Source: Candidatus Woesearchaeota archaeon (lineage in GTDB: Archaea > Nanobdellota > Nanobdellia > SCGC-AAA011-G17 > DATDVL01). From it: DNA of 56,096 nt. A program made the position numbers and the translations under genes. The stretch covers positions 1-56,096 of the forward strand of contig CAYIRJ010000001.1 in assembly GCA_964365915.1 (NCBI GenBank), read 5' to 3'. The notes beneath the pieces are model-generated. The model was not told the DNA's origin and did not search any database. It saw nothing but the letters and a program-made list of their open reading frames with translations. Positions 15,841 through 25,979 of the stretch are shown here, one piece after another (the stretch's first letter is position 1; every line of letters starts with the position of its first letter).

Positions 15841-17432
15841 ACAAACAAGTCTATCTTCAATCTGTCTTAGAACAAATGCCTCGTCTTCTTGGCCTATTAG
15901 ACCGTAATCCGCTCTCCCAAACGTATGGTTGTTTCGATCGCCAGTATTGGCACTATCATGTTGCAGATTTTCCCTCAGCCCGCCATCAGGAAGCAGCATT
16001 AACGCTCGCATTGTTGTATCAATTACAACACAAGAAGAATCCCTATTTTCAAAATCGTTTGCTCTTAAAATGGATTGAGGCTGCTCTTCACTTCTGGAAA
16101 AAAATTCAGCGTAAAGACGGAAGCTTCGATGAGTGGTATCCTTACGAGCATAGCTACGTTGCAACCGCCTTCTCCATGTATGCAATTTCCGAGGTGCTCT
16201 TATTGCTCCCGCAATTGCAAACCCCTCAATTGTTGCAGGCAATCAGGCGTGCAGCAGATGTTCTCTTACAGCAAAAAGAAACGCGTGTGCAGAATCAGAT
16301 GACAGGGGCAGCAGTCGCTTTGTATAATGCCTACTTGCTCACTGAAAATGAAAAATATCGCAAGGCTTCTTTCAAGATATTGCAAGAACTTTCCGCTTTG
16401 CAGTCAGAAGAAGGATGGTTCAGAGAGTATGGCGGTGTGGACATAGGATATCTTTCCCTGGCAATTGATTACCTCATGAAATTGTATGACAAGTCAAAGG
16501 ACATGCATCCCATTGCCATGGCTGTAAGTGCAACTCGTTTTCTGTATCAATGCGTCCATCCGGACGGAACATTTGGTGGCGATTACGGAAGCAGAAATAC
16601 CGAGTATATTATTCCCTCAGGAATCGAGATGCTCGCAACGCAGGAAGCAGAGACCATTGCTACACTCTTGCGAAAGTCAATCAGCACCCAGACAACCATA
16701 ACCCCTGCGAGTTTGGATGACCGCTATTTGGCATATATCACTTATACCTATCTCCAGGCGTATCAGCATGCACGTGAAAAGCTGCGCTGCAAACTTCCAG
16801 AAGAAAATCAGTATTATCCCTATGCAGGATTTGTTATTCTTCGCAAACCTTTTTTCCTCTTGGCAAATCTAAAAAAGGGCGGAGCATTCCGGGCAATATT
16901 CAAAGATCATGCAGTCTACGATGCAGGCATCCAAGTACAGACAAGGAAAAGAAGACTATTCTCCGGCTATATGCAAGACAGTCAGCTTAGTATTGCAGGA
17001 AATATATTAAAAACCCAAGGCTATTTGCAGGAAATTAAAGATACGAAAATGTCTCCGTTCAAAATGGCAGGCTCACGTATCTTTCAGATGACCTTCGGGA
17101 GATTTTCCTTATGCTCAAAGGCAATCAAAAACATTCTACGTTCGTTCCTCATCAGCGGAAGAAAGATCAGTGAGATAAAATATATGCGGGAAATCAATGC
17201 AGAAAAGGAACTGACTATTATCGATATCATCTATAATGTTCCTGCTTGCCGCATTATTCTCAATACGAAAGCATCCTATAACCCCGTGCCTTCTTCAAAA
17301 TATTTTCAGCCACAGGAATTGAACACATTCCCCATTGAGGTGATAACAAACAAAAGGGCAACAGTACAAATCACGCGTGTGTATGGTCCTGATGGGAAGT
17401 TAAAGCAGGCTCCGCAGGTTGCGCTTTTCTGA
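15837..17432 (+). CDS. Hypothetical protein, alpha/alpha-barrel-like repeats
   Basis: Repeated DG.F.E.Y-type motifs (DGSFDEWYPYE, EEGWFREYGG, HPDGTFGGDYG). The start overlaps the upstream stop (ATGA). Confidence 0.55.
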   Translation: MNKQVYLQSVLEQMPRLLGLLDRNPLSQTYGCFDRQYWHYHVADFPSARHQEAALTLALLYQLQHKKNPYFQNRLLLKWIEAALHFWKKIQRKDGSFDEWYPYEHSYVATAFSMYAISEVLLLLPQLQTPQLLQAIRRAADVLLQQKETRVQNQMTGAAVALYNAYLLTENEKYRKASFKILQELSALQSEEGWFREYGGVDIGYLSLAIDYLMKLYDKSKDMHPIAMAVSATRFLYQCVHPDGTFGGDYGSRNTEYIIPSGIEMLATQEAETIATLLRKSISTQTTITPASLDDRYLAYITYTYLQAYQHAREKLRCKLPEENQYYPYAGFVILRKPFFLLANLKKGGAFRAIFKDHAVYDAGIQVQTRKRRLFSGYMQDSQLSIAGNILKTQGYLQEIKDTKMSPFKMAGSRIFQMTFGRFSLCSKAIKNILRSFLISGRKISEIKYMREINAEKELTIIDIIYNVPACRIILNTKASYNPVPSSKYFQPQELNTFPIEVITNKRATVQITRVYGPDGKLKQAPQVALF

Positions 17433-17488
17433 TGGCCTGCAACCGGAATTTCAAAATTTCATAGGAAGTTATTTAAATCCTGTTAACC

Positions 17489-18412
17489 ATGCGTTCAGGA
17501 ATGGTGTTGGAGTTACTGATTGGTCCTAAAAAGGCAGAAAGAAAGCCCTGGGACGTTTTCTTCCTTGGCATGCTGTATTCATCAATTGCTATGTTCCTTT
17601 CTGTCGTGATCTTCAAGGAGCAGGCTTCTATCATCATGGTATTGTTGACAGTTATTGCATCGTTGCCTTTTGTCCATCGCACATTTTCGCGTGAAGAGAA
17701 GATGGACGAAAAGCTAGCGACAGAGCGAGGTAGATTGAGGCAGCATTGGCATGCACTGAAATTTCTGATTCTTCTCTTTCTAGGATTTGTGATCTCGTTT
17801 TCAGTGTGGTATGTCTTCTTGCCTGATGAGATGATGCAGGTTTCATTCAATTCCCAAATCCAGACCATTCAGAACATTAACGCAAGGGTCGCTGCAATTA
17901 CAGGAAATGTTATCACAGGAGAAAATATCATCAGTACGAATAATGTTATCAGTTCTTCCGTCACTTCTGCATCAAAGTTGTATTTTCAGATTCTTACCAA
18001 CAATGTTAAGGTGTTGCTGTTTAGCATTTTCTTTGCGTTTTTTTATGGTGCAGGGGCAATCTTCATACTGACGTGGAATGCTTCAGTGATCAGCGCTGCT
18101 ATTGGGAATTTTGTGAGGAACAACATAGGAGAGTACGCTACGCAGATTGGCTGGGCTCAGGTGGGAGGGTATTTTCACACCTTTTCTCTGGGATTCTTGC
18201 GTTATTTTGTCCATGGCATTCCAGAAATTCTTGCCTATTTTATCGGGGGCCTAGCAGGAGGCATCATTTCCTTTGCAGTGATTAAGCACGAATTTGGAAC
18301 CGAAAACTTCAAAAAGATCATACTCGATGCAGTAGATCTGATCATGCTCGCCTTTATTACCTTGGTGGCTGCAGGTCTGCTAGAAGTATATATCACTCCC
18401 GCATTCTTTTGA
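17489..18412 (+). CDS. SpoIIM/DUF95-like membrane protein
   Basis: ILTNNVKVLLFSIFFAFFYGAGAIFILTWNASVISAAIG fits the SpoIIM family pattern. Multiple TM segments. Confidence 0.6.
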   Translation: MRSGMVLELLIGPKKAERKPWDVFFLGMLYSSIAMFLSVVIFKEQASIIMVLLTVIASLPFVHRTFSREEKMDEKLATERGRLRQHWHALKFLILLFLGFVISFSVWYVFLPDEMMQVSFNSQIQTIQNINARVAAITGNVITGENIISTNNVISSSVTSASKLYFQILTNNVKVLLFSIFFAFFYGAGAIFILTWNASVISAAIGNFVRNNIGEYATQIGWAQVGGYFHTFSLGFLRYFVHGIPEILAYFIGGLAGGIISFAVIKHEFGTENFKKIILDAVDLIMLAFITLVAAGLLEVYITPAFF

Positions 18413-18415
18413 GCA

Positions 18416-21055
18416 ATGGAAGACGATCTGGAAAAGCGTAAGGAAAAAGTTGTTGCCTTTCTCAAGCAACATAAGCAATGGATAGTCTATTTGCTGTTAC
18501 TAGGAATTATCTGGCTAGGCGCAGACATTCGTTCTGCAAATATCCCTTTGCTCAAGGACCAGACGACAGGTGAGACAATCACTGCAGAACTGGATTCTAC
18601 CATTTTTCTCCGCTATGCTGAATACATTGCTGAGCACGGAAAGCTTCCTGCCGTGGATGCCATGCGCTTTGTTCCTGTCGGTGCAGATCTCAGTCATATT
18701 GGAACGTTTACGTCTTATTTTGTTGCGTACCTCTGGAAGTTTCTACATCTTTTCAATCCAGAGATAACTGTTGCCTACGTAGATATTATCTATCCTGTCA
18801 TTGCCATGGCAGTAATGACAATATTTTTGTTTCTGCTAGTGCGCAGAATCTTCAACGAAAAAGTAGCGTTACTCGCTTGCCTGTTCATTACGTTGATCCC
18901 TACATTCATTTTCAGGAGCACTGCAGGAAGTTCGGACCACGATATGCTGGGGATGATGCTTTTTGTCATGACTTTGTATTACTATGTCGTTGCGTATCAG
19001 GCAAGGTCGTTAAAGAAGACGTTGGTCTTTGGAGCCATCTCTGCAATCTTGGTATTTGTAGGAAGACATACTGCAGGCAATGCGAACTTCGCGCTGTTCA
19101 TTGTGGGTGCATTCACCTTAGTGAGTATCTTTCTCGACCGCTTTGAGAAAAAGGATTTTTACCTGTATGCACTCTGGCTAGGTCTGAGCATGCTGCTTCT
19201 CCAGCTTTCAGGAAAATTCGGCGGAGTAATGGCATTTGCAACGTCAGTTACTACTGGCATTGCTTTTGTTGCATTGCTCTTTGCTATTGTGGATTTCGTG
19301 GTGTTCAAGAAAGACCTATTCAAAATCCGGCAGCGCGTGGAAGCCAAAATGCCGCTCTGGATAGCCACGCTTCTAATCTCTCTTGTAATGGGGTCAATCA
19401 TCATTGCAGTTATGTTTGGTCCAGAGTACTTTGTCGTGAAGGGAAAGCACGTGCTCCAGTATGTGTTCAAGGCGTATGGTGAGACACGCTGGACACTGAC
19501 GGTTGCTGAAAATCGCAAGCCTTTTGTCGTGGATTGGTTCTCACAAATGGGTAAGCTCTTTGTGTATTTCTTCTTACTTGGCGGGGTTTGGCTGTTCTAT
19601 GAAACGGTCAAGAAGCTCAAGGGTGCAAAGATGCTGACAGGAATTTTTGCTCTCTTCTTGTTTGGCTATACCTTTTCAAGATATTCCCCAGATTCTGTCT
19701 TCAATGGTACGTCAACACTCTCGCATCTTACGTTCTATGGATCGTTGATAGGATTTTTTGTTCTTATCTTTTATCTTTATATCAGGATATTCTACAGAGA
19801 TCGTGAACAGTATAGGTATATTGCAGAAAATGTGAATTTAACATATGCATTCCTTTTCATCTGGTATATCATTATGGTCATGGCTGCAACCTCTGCAATC
19901 CGTTTACTGTTTGAATTTTCTGTGATTACCTCCATCTTAGCTGCATTTTTTATCATCGCAGCGCTGCAGTTTTTCTGGGAGCGCAAGCATAAGGTGTTAA
20001 GGTACGCAGGCATTCTTGTGATAGTATTAATTCTCGCAAGCCCATTCTCCCTGGGATTCATGTCTAAGGGAATGTTGCTGACGCACTATCAATCCAGTGA
20101 TTACCAGGCTGCAAACACGGGTCCTTCCTATGGCCAGCAGTGGCAGCTTGCAGGAAAATGGATAAGGGAAAACACGCCGAACGATGCAGTCTTTATCCAC
20201 TGGTGGGATTATGGCTACTGGGTGCAATCGGGATTCAAGCGCGCTACCGTTACTGATGGGGGAAATTTTTTCATCTATTGGAATTATCTGGTGGGAAGGC
20301 ATCTGTTGACAGGAGATGACGTTACCAAAGCATTCGAATTGATGAAGGCACATAAGGTCACGCATTTCCTAGTGGTTTCAGATGAGATTGGAAAATACGG
20401 TGCATACTCCAGCATCGGGTCTGATCTCAACTATGACCGCTTTGCATCCATTGGTATCTTTGCAAATAATCAGCAGCGAACACAAGAGACGCGCAACCAG
20501 ACCATCTTTGTTTACGAAGGAGGGGTACAGTTGTTCGAAACCTATACCTACGATGGTGTCGTGTTTCCTTCTTCCACTCCTGTCATTGGATTTTTGGTCT
20601 ATGCAAGCAACGTCAGCACCACATCCTCCTCTATTACGTTGACTTTCGAGAAGGTAGAGGCTATACTACATAAAGATGGCAAGCAGTACAACATTCCTCT
20701 TTCTTGTATTTTCTCTGATAAAGCATATGAACTGAACATACCCAATGCCATGCCTGCATGTCTAAGAATCATTCCCCAATTCAATGGGGGGAATCAATAT
20801 GTGCCATTGGGAAACGCGATATTTGTTCCTCCGAAGATAAAAAAGAATCTGTTTGGCAAGTTGTATTTGTTAGACGAAACAGTTCCTGGGTTTCAACTGA
20901 TTTACAATGACGCGTACCAAGCCCCTCTCGCAGTGTATCAGGGAAGATTAATCGGACCGCACCGCATCTGGGAAATTGAGTATCCTGAAAACATTGCAAT
21001 TAAAGAAGAATATTTGGCACTGGATTATCCTGATCCTCGGCTGAAAGCGCCGTAA
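18416..21055 (+). CDS. aglB: Oligosaccharyltransferase AglB/STT3
   Basis: WWDYGYW motif, about 13 N-terminal TM segments and a C-terminal soluble domain. Confidence 0.9.
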   Translation: MEDDLEKRKEKVVAFLKQHKQWIVYLLLLGIIWLGADIRSANIPLLKDQTTGETITAELDSTIFLRYAEYIAEHGKLPAVDAMRFVPVGADLSHIGTFTSYFVAYLWKFLHLFNPEITVAYVDIIYPVIAMAVMTIFLFLLVRRIFNEKVALLACLFITLIPTFIFRSTAGSSDHDMLGMMLFVMTLYYYVVAYQARSLKKTLVFGAISAILVFVGRHTAGNANFALFIVGAFTLVSIFLDRFEKKDFYLYALWLGLSMLLLQLSGKFGGVMAFATSVTTGIAFVALLFAIVDFVVFKKDLFKIRQRVEAKMPLWIATLLISLVMGSIIIAVMFGPEYFVVKGKHVLQYVFKAYGETRWTLTVAENRKPFVVDWFSQMGKLFVYFFLLGGVWLFYETVKKLKGAKMLTGIFALFLFGYTFSRYSPDSVFNGTSTLSHLTFYGSLIGFFVLIFYLYIRIFYRDREQYRYIAENVNLTYAFLFIWYIIMVMAATSAIRLLFEFSVITSILAAFFIIAALQFFWERKHKVLRYAGILVIVLILASPFSLGFMSKGMLLTHYQSSDYQAANTGPSYGQQWQLAGKWIRENTPNDAVFIHWWDYGYWVQSGFKRATVTDGGNFFIYWNYLVGRHLLTGDDVTKAFELMKAHKVTHFLVVSDEIGKYGAYSSIGSDLNYDRFASIGIFANNQQRTQETRNQTIFVYEGGVQLFETYTYDGVVFPSSTPVIGFLVYASNVSTTSSSITLTFEKVEAILHKDGKQYNIPLSCIFSDKAYELNIPNAMPACLRIIPQFNGGNQYVPLGNAIFVPPKIKKNLFGKLYLLDETVPGFQLIYNDAYQAPLAVYQGRLIGPHRIWEIEYPENIAIKEEYLALDYPDPRLKAP

Positions 21056-21103
21056 GAAAAGTTTGTTCACAACGCTTATAAATTATCTTCTGAAAGTGGA
21101 GAC

Positions 21104-22105
21104 ATGCAATTCTTGCTGTATCTCGCGCCAGTGCTGAGCTTTGTAACAGCTTTATTATCCATGCCTTTGTGGATACGGTATTTAAAACGTATCGATCTCG
21201 TGGTCCCAGACAAAAACAAGAAGGACCAAAAGAAGTTAATTCCGATTTCTGGAGGCATGACAGTAATTTGCGGGATTCTCGCAGGAATTATGCTGTATAT
21301 TTTCATTCAGATTTTCTATTATGACAGGGGAGGCCAGGGTTCCCTGCTGTACATGTTTGCTGCATTGATGACTATTATTATCATTACTTTTATTGGTTTT
21401 TTGGATGATTTAATTGTCAATAAGCATATTGGCGAATCCACAGGATTGAGGCAGTGGCAAAAACCCATCTTGACATTGTGTGCAGCAATTCCCTTAATGG
21501 TTGTCAAGGCAGGAACCACATTTTTCTATGTGCCATTCATTCCCGGCATTGATCGTTTAGATGTGGGCATCCTTTACCCTTTAGTATTCGTTCCGATCGG
21601 TATTGTCGGCGCTTCCAACATGATCAACATGCTCGGCGGATTAAACGGATTGGAAGCAGGTATGGGATTAATCTACATGGGAAGCATGGGATTGTACGCA
21701 TATGCAAATGAAAGATATGCTGCTGCAGCAATAGCCGCAATCGTGTTTGCTGCGTTGCTTGCATTCTGGTTGTATAACAAGTATCCTGCAAAAATTTTCC
21801 CTGGAGATTCCTTAACGTATCTCTTGGGAGCATCATTAGTGTCAGTTGCAATTATAGGCAACTTAGAAAAGGCGGCATTAATATTGTCTATTCCATTTTT
21901 TATTGAATTTCTGTTAAAATGGCGTTCAAAGTTCAAGGCAAAATCGTATGGTTCCTACAAGAATGGAAAAATCCAGTCCTATTATGAAAAGATTTATTCC
22001 ATCCCCCATATTTGGACGCGCACCGGGAAGTACACAGAGAAGCAGGTGGTTACATTTTGCATCTTGATTGAAGTCTTCTTTGCAGGACTCATCTGGATCG
22101 TCTAA
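21104..22105 (+). CDS. Polyprenyl-phosphate N-acetylhexosamine-1-phosphate transferase (MraY/WecA/AglH family)
   Basis: NMINMLGGLNGLEAG motif in a polytopic membrane protein. Confidence 0.85.
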   Translation: MQFLLYLAPVLSFVTALLSMPLWIRYLKRIDLVVPDKNKKDQKKLIPISGGMTVICGILAGIMLYIFIQIFYYDRGGQGSLLYMFAALMTIIIITFIGFLDDLIVNKHIGESTGLRQWQKPILTLCAAIPLMVVKAGTTFFYVPFIPGIDRLDVGILYPLVFVPIGIVGASNMINMLGGLNGLEAGMGLIYMGSMGLYAYANERYAAAAIAAIVFAALLAFWLYNKYPAKIFPGDSLTYLLGASLVSVAIIGNLEKAALILSIPFFIEFLLKWRSKFKAKSYGSYKNGKIQSYYEKIYSIPHIWTRTGKYTEKQVVTFCILIEVFFAGLIWIV

Positions 22106-22106
22106 C

Positions 22107-23012
22107 ATGGTAAAGTTTTCCTTGATCATCCCCGTAGCTCCCTATAGGAATTGCGAAATCATGGACTCCATCAAAAAGTTGGACTATCCAAAAAAAGAAT
22201 GTGAAGTCATAACTGAATACGGCTACAATCCTTCTGATAATCGCAACCGCGCAATCAAAAAGTCGAAGGGAAAGTATTTAGTGTTTCTTGATGATGACGG
22301 AATCCTGGAAAAGGATTATTTGAAGCAGGCAGAGAAGTTCCTCAAGAAACATCCTGATGTGGACATTGTCGGCGGTCCACAATTAACTCCGCCTTCAGAC
22401 AGGTATTTTGCAAAAACCTCGGGCTACGTCATGAGCTCGTGGTTTGGCACGTATACAATGTCTTCCCGGTATTCCAAGAGAGAAGAAAATTTGGATGCAG
22501 ATGAATATTCTTTAACGTCTGCAAACTGCATTGCCAAGCGCGAAGTCTTTAAGAAAATCAAGCCTTTTGATCCAAGATTATTCCCAGGAGAGGATCCTGA
22601 GTTATACGCTCGCGCAAAGAAAGCAGGATTCAAGCTTGCATATACTCCTCAATTAATCATGTATCACCGTAGGCGTCCCACATTTTTTCAGTATTGCAAG
22701 CAGTTTTTCAAGTACGGTTTTGTACGCATGAGAAAGGAGAAGATTAACAAAACCCCCGTATTGATGGTGAATCCTGTATTTTTCATTCCTTCATTTTTCG
22801 TGCTTTATCTTGCAACACTTCCTTTATGGCTTGCTTTGCATCCCATCTTTCTATGGCCGCTAATAATGTATGGCATCTTGATACTCTGTTTTTCAGTGTA
22901 CGAAGTACATAGTCACAGTGATTGGAAGGCTCTTCCCGTATTGCCTTTCTTATATCTCAGTATGCATGTTGCGTATGGTCTGGGGATGTTGTATAGTTGG
23001 ATAAAAAAGTGA
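22107..23012 (+). CDS. GT2 glycosyltransferase with C-terminal TM segments
   Basis: FSLIIPVAP and VFLDDDG motifs. The ATG at 22107 follows the upstream stop. The longer ORF begins at a TTG. Confidence 0.8.
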   Translation: MVKFSLIIPVAPYRNCEIMDSIKKLDYPKKECEVITEYGYNPSDNRNRAIKKSKGKYLVFLDDDGILEKDYLKQAEKFLKKHPDVDIVGGPQLTPPSDRYFAKTSGYVMSSWFGTYTMSSRYSKREENLDADEYSLTSANCIAKREVFKKIKPFDPRLFPGEDPELYARAKKAGFKLAYTPQLIMYHRRRPTFFQYCKQFFKYGFVRMRKEKINKTPVLMVNPVFFIPSFFVLYLATLPLWLALHPIFLWPLIMYGILILCFSVYEVHSHSDWKALPVLPFLYLSMHVAYGLGMLYSWIKK

Positions 23013-23066
23013 CAAGAATTTTTAAATACAAGACATCAAAGAAACAAGAAGAAAAAGTGATTTTTC

Positions 23067-23918
23067 ATGGCAGTGAATGGTCAGAAACCCGCGATATTTA
23101 AGAGATTAGATGAAGATGCCCGATACTATCTTTATCCTTCAGGAAGGCAGGCATCGAAAAAGCAAAGAGAAGAGTTTTGTGAGAGAAATTATTCTTTCAT
23201 TGATTACATAACAGCGGTTAATCTCAAGCGTATTCCTTCGTATGCAGATCCTGATCTTATCAGAACAGCAGTGCATCTTGGATTCACAGAGTCGATGAAC
23301 AGATTCGATCCGGGAAAGGGAAGATTTTCGAGATACGCCACTGTTGTAGTAAATGGGAGAATAAAGAGCATCCTGCGTGACGAGGACCCTCTTTCAAGGT
23401 CGCAGAGAAAGAAGATTAAGATGATTGCATCACATCAAAAAGATTTGGAAAGCCGTGCAGGCGCACCAGTGACAGATGCAGAAATCATAGTTTCATGTTA
23501 TGGAGAAATGGGAAAAGATCCAAATCAAGAAGCTGAAGATTTTTTCAAACATCAGAAAGAATTGGAAACGATTAGGAAAAACTATCGTCTTGGCTACACC
23601 ATGCATCTGGAATGTTTAAATAGTAAAAAGGGTAAAGAAGGCAAAGGGTATCAGGCATTGTCAGCAAGAGAATCGGGAGAAACCATGATCAACAGCATAG
23701 CAGCACGAGAAGTTGTAGACCTTATTTTAAATTCTATTTTGTTCACAGATCTGGAAAGAGCCATCCTGAAGCTTCGTTACATGCATGGTTATGATCAACA
23801 CGAAGTAGGCTGGGGGATTAACATCTCAGACTTTTGGGTAAGTCAAATTCTTCGGTTTAAGATTCAGCCAAAACTGGACTGGTTGAAGAGAGAACTCCAT
23901 CTTGAAGAATTTTTCTAA
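23067..23918 (+). CDS. Sigma-70 family protein (group 3, FliA/sigma-28-like regions 2, 3 and 4)
   Basis: Region 2: DLIRTAVHLGFTESMNRFDPGKGRFSRYATVVVNGRIKSILRDEDPLSRSQRKKIKMI. Region 4: LERAILKLRYMHGYDQHEVGWGINISDFWVSQIL. A TATA-like tttttaaata lies about 40 nt upstream. Confidence 0.75.
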   Translation: MAVNGQKPAIFKRLDEDARYYLYPSGRQASKKQREEFCERNYSFIDYITAVNLKRIPSYADPDLIRTAVHLGFTESMNRFDPGKGRFSRYATVVVNGRIKSILRDEDPLSRSQRKKIKMIASHQKDLESRAGAPVTDAEIIVSCYGEMGKDPNQEAEDFFKHQKELETIRKNYRLGYTMHLECLNSKKGKEGKGYQALSARESGETMINSIAAREVVDLILNSILFTDLERAILKLRYMHGYDQHEVGWGINISDFWVSQILRFKIQPKLDWLKRELHLEEFF

Positions 23919-23948
23919 ATCTCTAAGTCCACAATCTTAAAAAAGGCA

Positions 23949-25109
23949 ATGTTCGGCATTCTTGAAATGAAGATTGCTTACGTCTGTGACTTTTACAAGC
24001 CTGCAATTGGCGGAGTAAATCAGGTGGTTGAAGAGCTTGCCGAGCGCCTAGCAAAGCAGGACCACGAAGTGCACGTGTACTGTTCTGATTGGGATAAGAC
24101 CAAGCGCATCAAACCATTAGAGGAAACCATCAATGGAGTGTATGTGCATCGCTGTTTTCATTGGTTCAGGGCGGTGAACTTTATTACCTTCTGGCCTTCG
24201 GTGCTGTTGAAATTATGGAGAGAAGATTTTGATATTATCCATTCCCATCTTCCCACCCACCCCCATGCTTTTTTCGCTGCAATGATAGGAAAGTTTCGCA
24301 ATATTCCTTTGATACATACAACTCACTGTCCCTGGTCTGATGCATATCGCAGTCCTTTCGGAAGGTTTATGGTGCCCCTTTCGCATCAGACCTTCGCACG
24401 CTTCGTCTTAAAATCTGCCAGGAAAATTATTGCCATTACCGAATGGGAAGATGGCTTTATTGCGAAATACGGTGGATCAAAAGAAAAAATTGTGCATATC
24501 CCCAATGGAATGGATGCAAGATTCTTTCAAACCATGAAAAACAATGACTTCAAGAAGAACTGGGGGATAAAAAATAAAATAGTCCTCTTCTTTGGAAGGT
24601 TAAATGCAACAAAAGGTCCAGATAAGTTCGTTGAAGCTGCGCACGAGATCCTGAAAGAACGGAAAGATATCACCTTTGTCATGCGGGGACCTGATGAGGG
24701 AATGAAGGCAACAGTAAAGAGATTAATAGGCAATGAAAAAAAAATTATATTGTTGGAGCCCACACGGGATAAGCAGGAGATTATGAAGATGTACCAGGCT
24801 GCTGATTGCTATGTGCTTCCGAGTTATCGCGAAGGTCTTCCCTTGACCTTGTTTGAAGCCTATGCTGCAGGTCTTCCAGTAGTCGCAACACCAGTGAATG
24901 GGGTAAAATATGAGTTAAAGGAAGGAGTGAATGGGTTGCTCGTTCCCTATGGGGATATTCGTGCACTCAAAAAGGCAATACTCAAGGTGCTCGACGATCC
25001 CAAGCTTGCGAAAGAATTCATGATGAACAACAAGAAAAAAGCAATGTATCATACCTGGGATGAGATTGCACAAAAAACATTGCAGTTGTATGAGCAGGTG
25101 ACCAAATGA
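23949..25109 (+). CDS. Glycosyltransferase, GT-B fold (Glycos_transf_1 / CAZy GT4-like)
   Basis: EGLPLTLFEAYAAGLPVVATPVNG (EX7E motif). Confidence 0.85.
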   Translation: MFGILEMKIAYVCDFYKPAIGGVNQVVEELAERLAKQDHEVHVYCSDWDKTKRIKPLEETINGVYVHRCFHWFRAVNFITFWPSVLLKLWREDFDIIHSHLPTHPHAFFAAMIGKFRNIPLIHTTHCPWSDAYRSPFGRFMVPLSHQTFARFVLKSARKIIAITEWEDGFIAKYGGSKEKIVHIPNGMDARFFQTMKNNDFKKNWGIKNKIVLFFGRLNATKGPDKFVEAAHEILKERKDITFVMRGPDEGMKATVKRLIGNEKKIILLEPTRDKQEIMKMYQAADCYVLPSYREGLPLTLFEAYAAGLPVVATPVNGVKYELKEGVNGLLVPYGDIRALKKAILKVLDDPKLAKEFMMNNKKKAMYHTWDEIAQKTLQLYEQVTK

Positions 25110-25978
25110 TAAGTGTGATCATCACTGCATATCATGAAGAGCATTCTATTGGCAAGGCAATTCAGGCAGTGCTGGACCAGAAAGTGAAGAACTGCGAAAT
25201 TCTTGTCATTGCTCCTGATGACGCTACCTTGCAGGCAGCGAAAAAGTACAGGCAAGTAAAAGTGATTCAAGATCCTGGTAAAGGAAAACCTGCAGCATTG
25301 AACCTTGCATTTTCCCAAGTGAATAGAAAATCTGCATTCTTGATATTGACTGATGGTGATGTGTTCTTGGGAAAGGACGCGATCAAAAATTTGATCCAGC
25401 ACTTTGATCCTGAGGTGGGTGCAGTTTCCGGACATCCCATCTCTCTCAGCCCAAGAAAAACATTGCTGGGTTATGCAAGCCATAATTTCACAGACTGGTG
25501 GGACTGGATCAGGAAAAAAAGGGAAAAAACCAACCAGATATTAATTTGCTCTGGCTACTTATTTGCGTTGCGAGCAGGAATAATCAAGAAAATCCCTGAA
25601 GATGCCTTAAGTGATGATGCAGTCATGAGCTATGAAGTCTACAAGAAAGGATGGAAAATTCGTTATGCTCCCGATGCGCAGGTGTATGTAAAGTATCCTA
25701 CGACCTTCTCTGATTGGCTTAAGCAAAAGAGAAGAAGTGCAGGGGGATATCTGCAGACAAGAAAATATTTCAAGAATATGCCAACGACGCGAAGTTTCTG
25801 GAAAGAGACGCAGCACGCTACGCTCTGGATTTTGTGGTATCCGAGAAATGTACGAGAAATCTTTTATACCATGCTGTTATTTGCACTGCGAACAGCCCTT
25901 TGGGGTGCGATTTACCTCGATAAGATTAGGAAAAAATCCTTCAGTCAAATCTGGCAGCCAGTGGAGAGTACGAAGTAA
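25106..25978 (+). CDS. GT2 glycosyltransferase
   Basis: ISVIITAYHEE and ILTDGD motifs. The start overlaps the upstream stop (ATGA). Confidence 0.8.
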   Translation: MISVIITAYHEEHSIGKAIQAVLDQKVKNCEILVIAPDDATLQAAKKYRQVKVIQDPGKGKPAALNLAFSQVNRKSAFLILTDGDVFLGKDAIKNLIQHFDPEVGAVSGHPISLSPRKTLLGYASHNFTDWWDWIRKKREKTNQILICSGYLFALRAGIIKKIPEDALSDDAVMSYEVYKKGWKIRYAPDAQVYVKYPTTFSDWLKQKRRSAGGYLQTRKYFKNMPTTRSFWKETQHATLWILWYPRNVREIFYTMLLFALRTALWGAIYLDKIRKKSFSQIWQPVESTK

Positions 25979-25979
25979 G

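Noticed and set aside
23067-23918. The sigma-70 gene could imply that the contig is bacterial
   Set aside because: aRF1, archaeal-type ValRS, Dph6, AglB, archaeal TATA boxes and an intron-containing tRNA flank it on the same contig. A chimeric assembly cannot be excluded without reads, but nothing in the sequence suggests a junction.
25737-25979. A long N-terminal extension of the methyltransferase ORF (25737-26687)
   Set aside because: The extension lies entirely inside the GT2 gene in another frame. The conserved methyltransferase sequence begins at the ATG at 25980, right after the GT2 stop.
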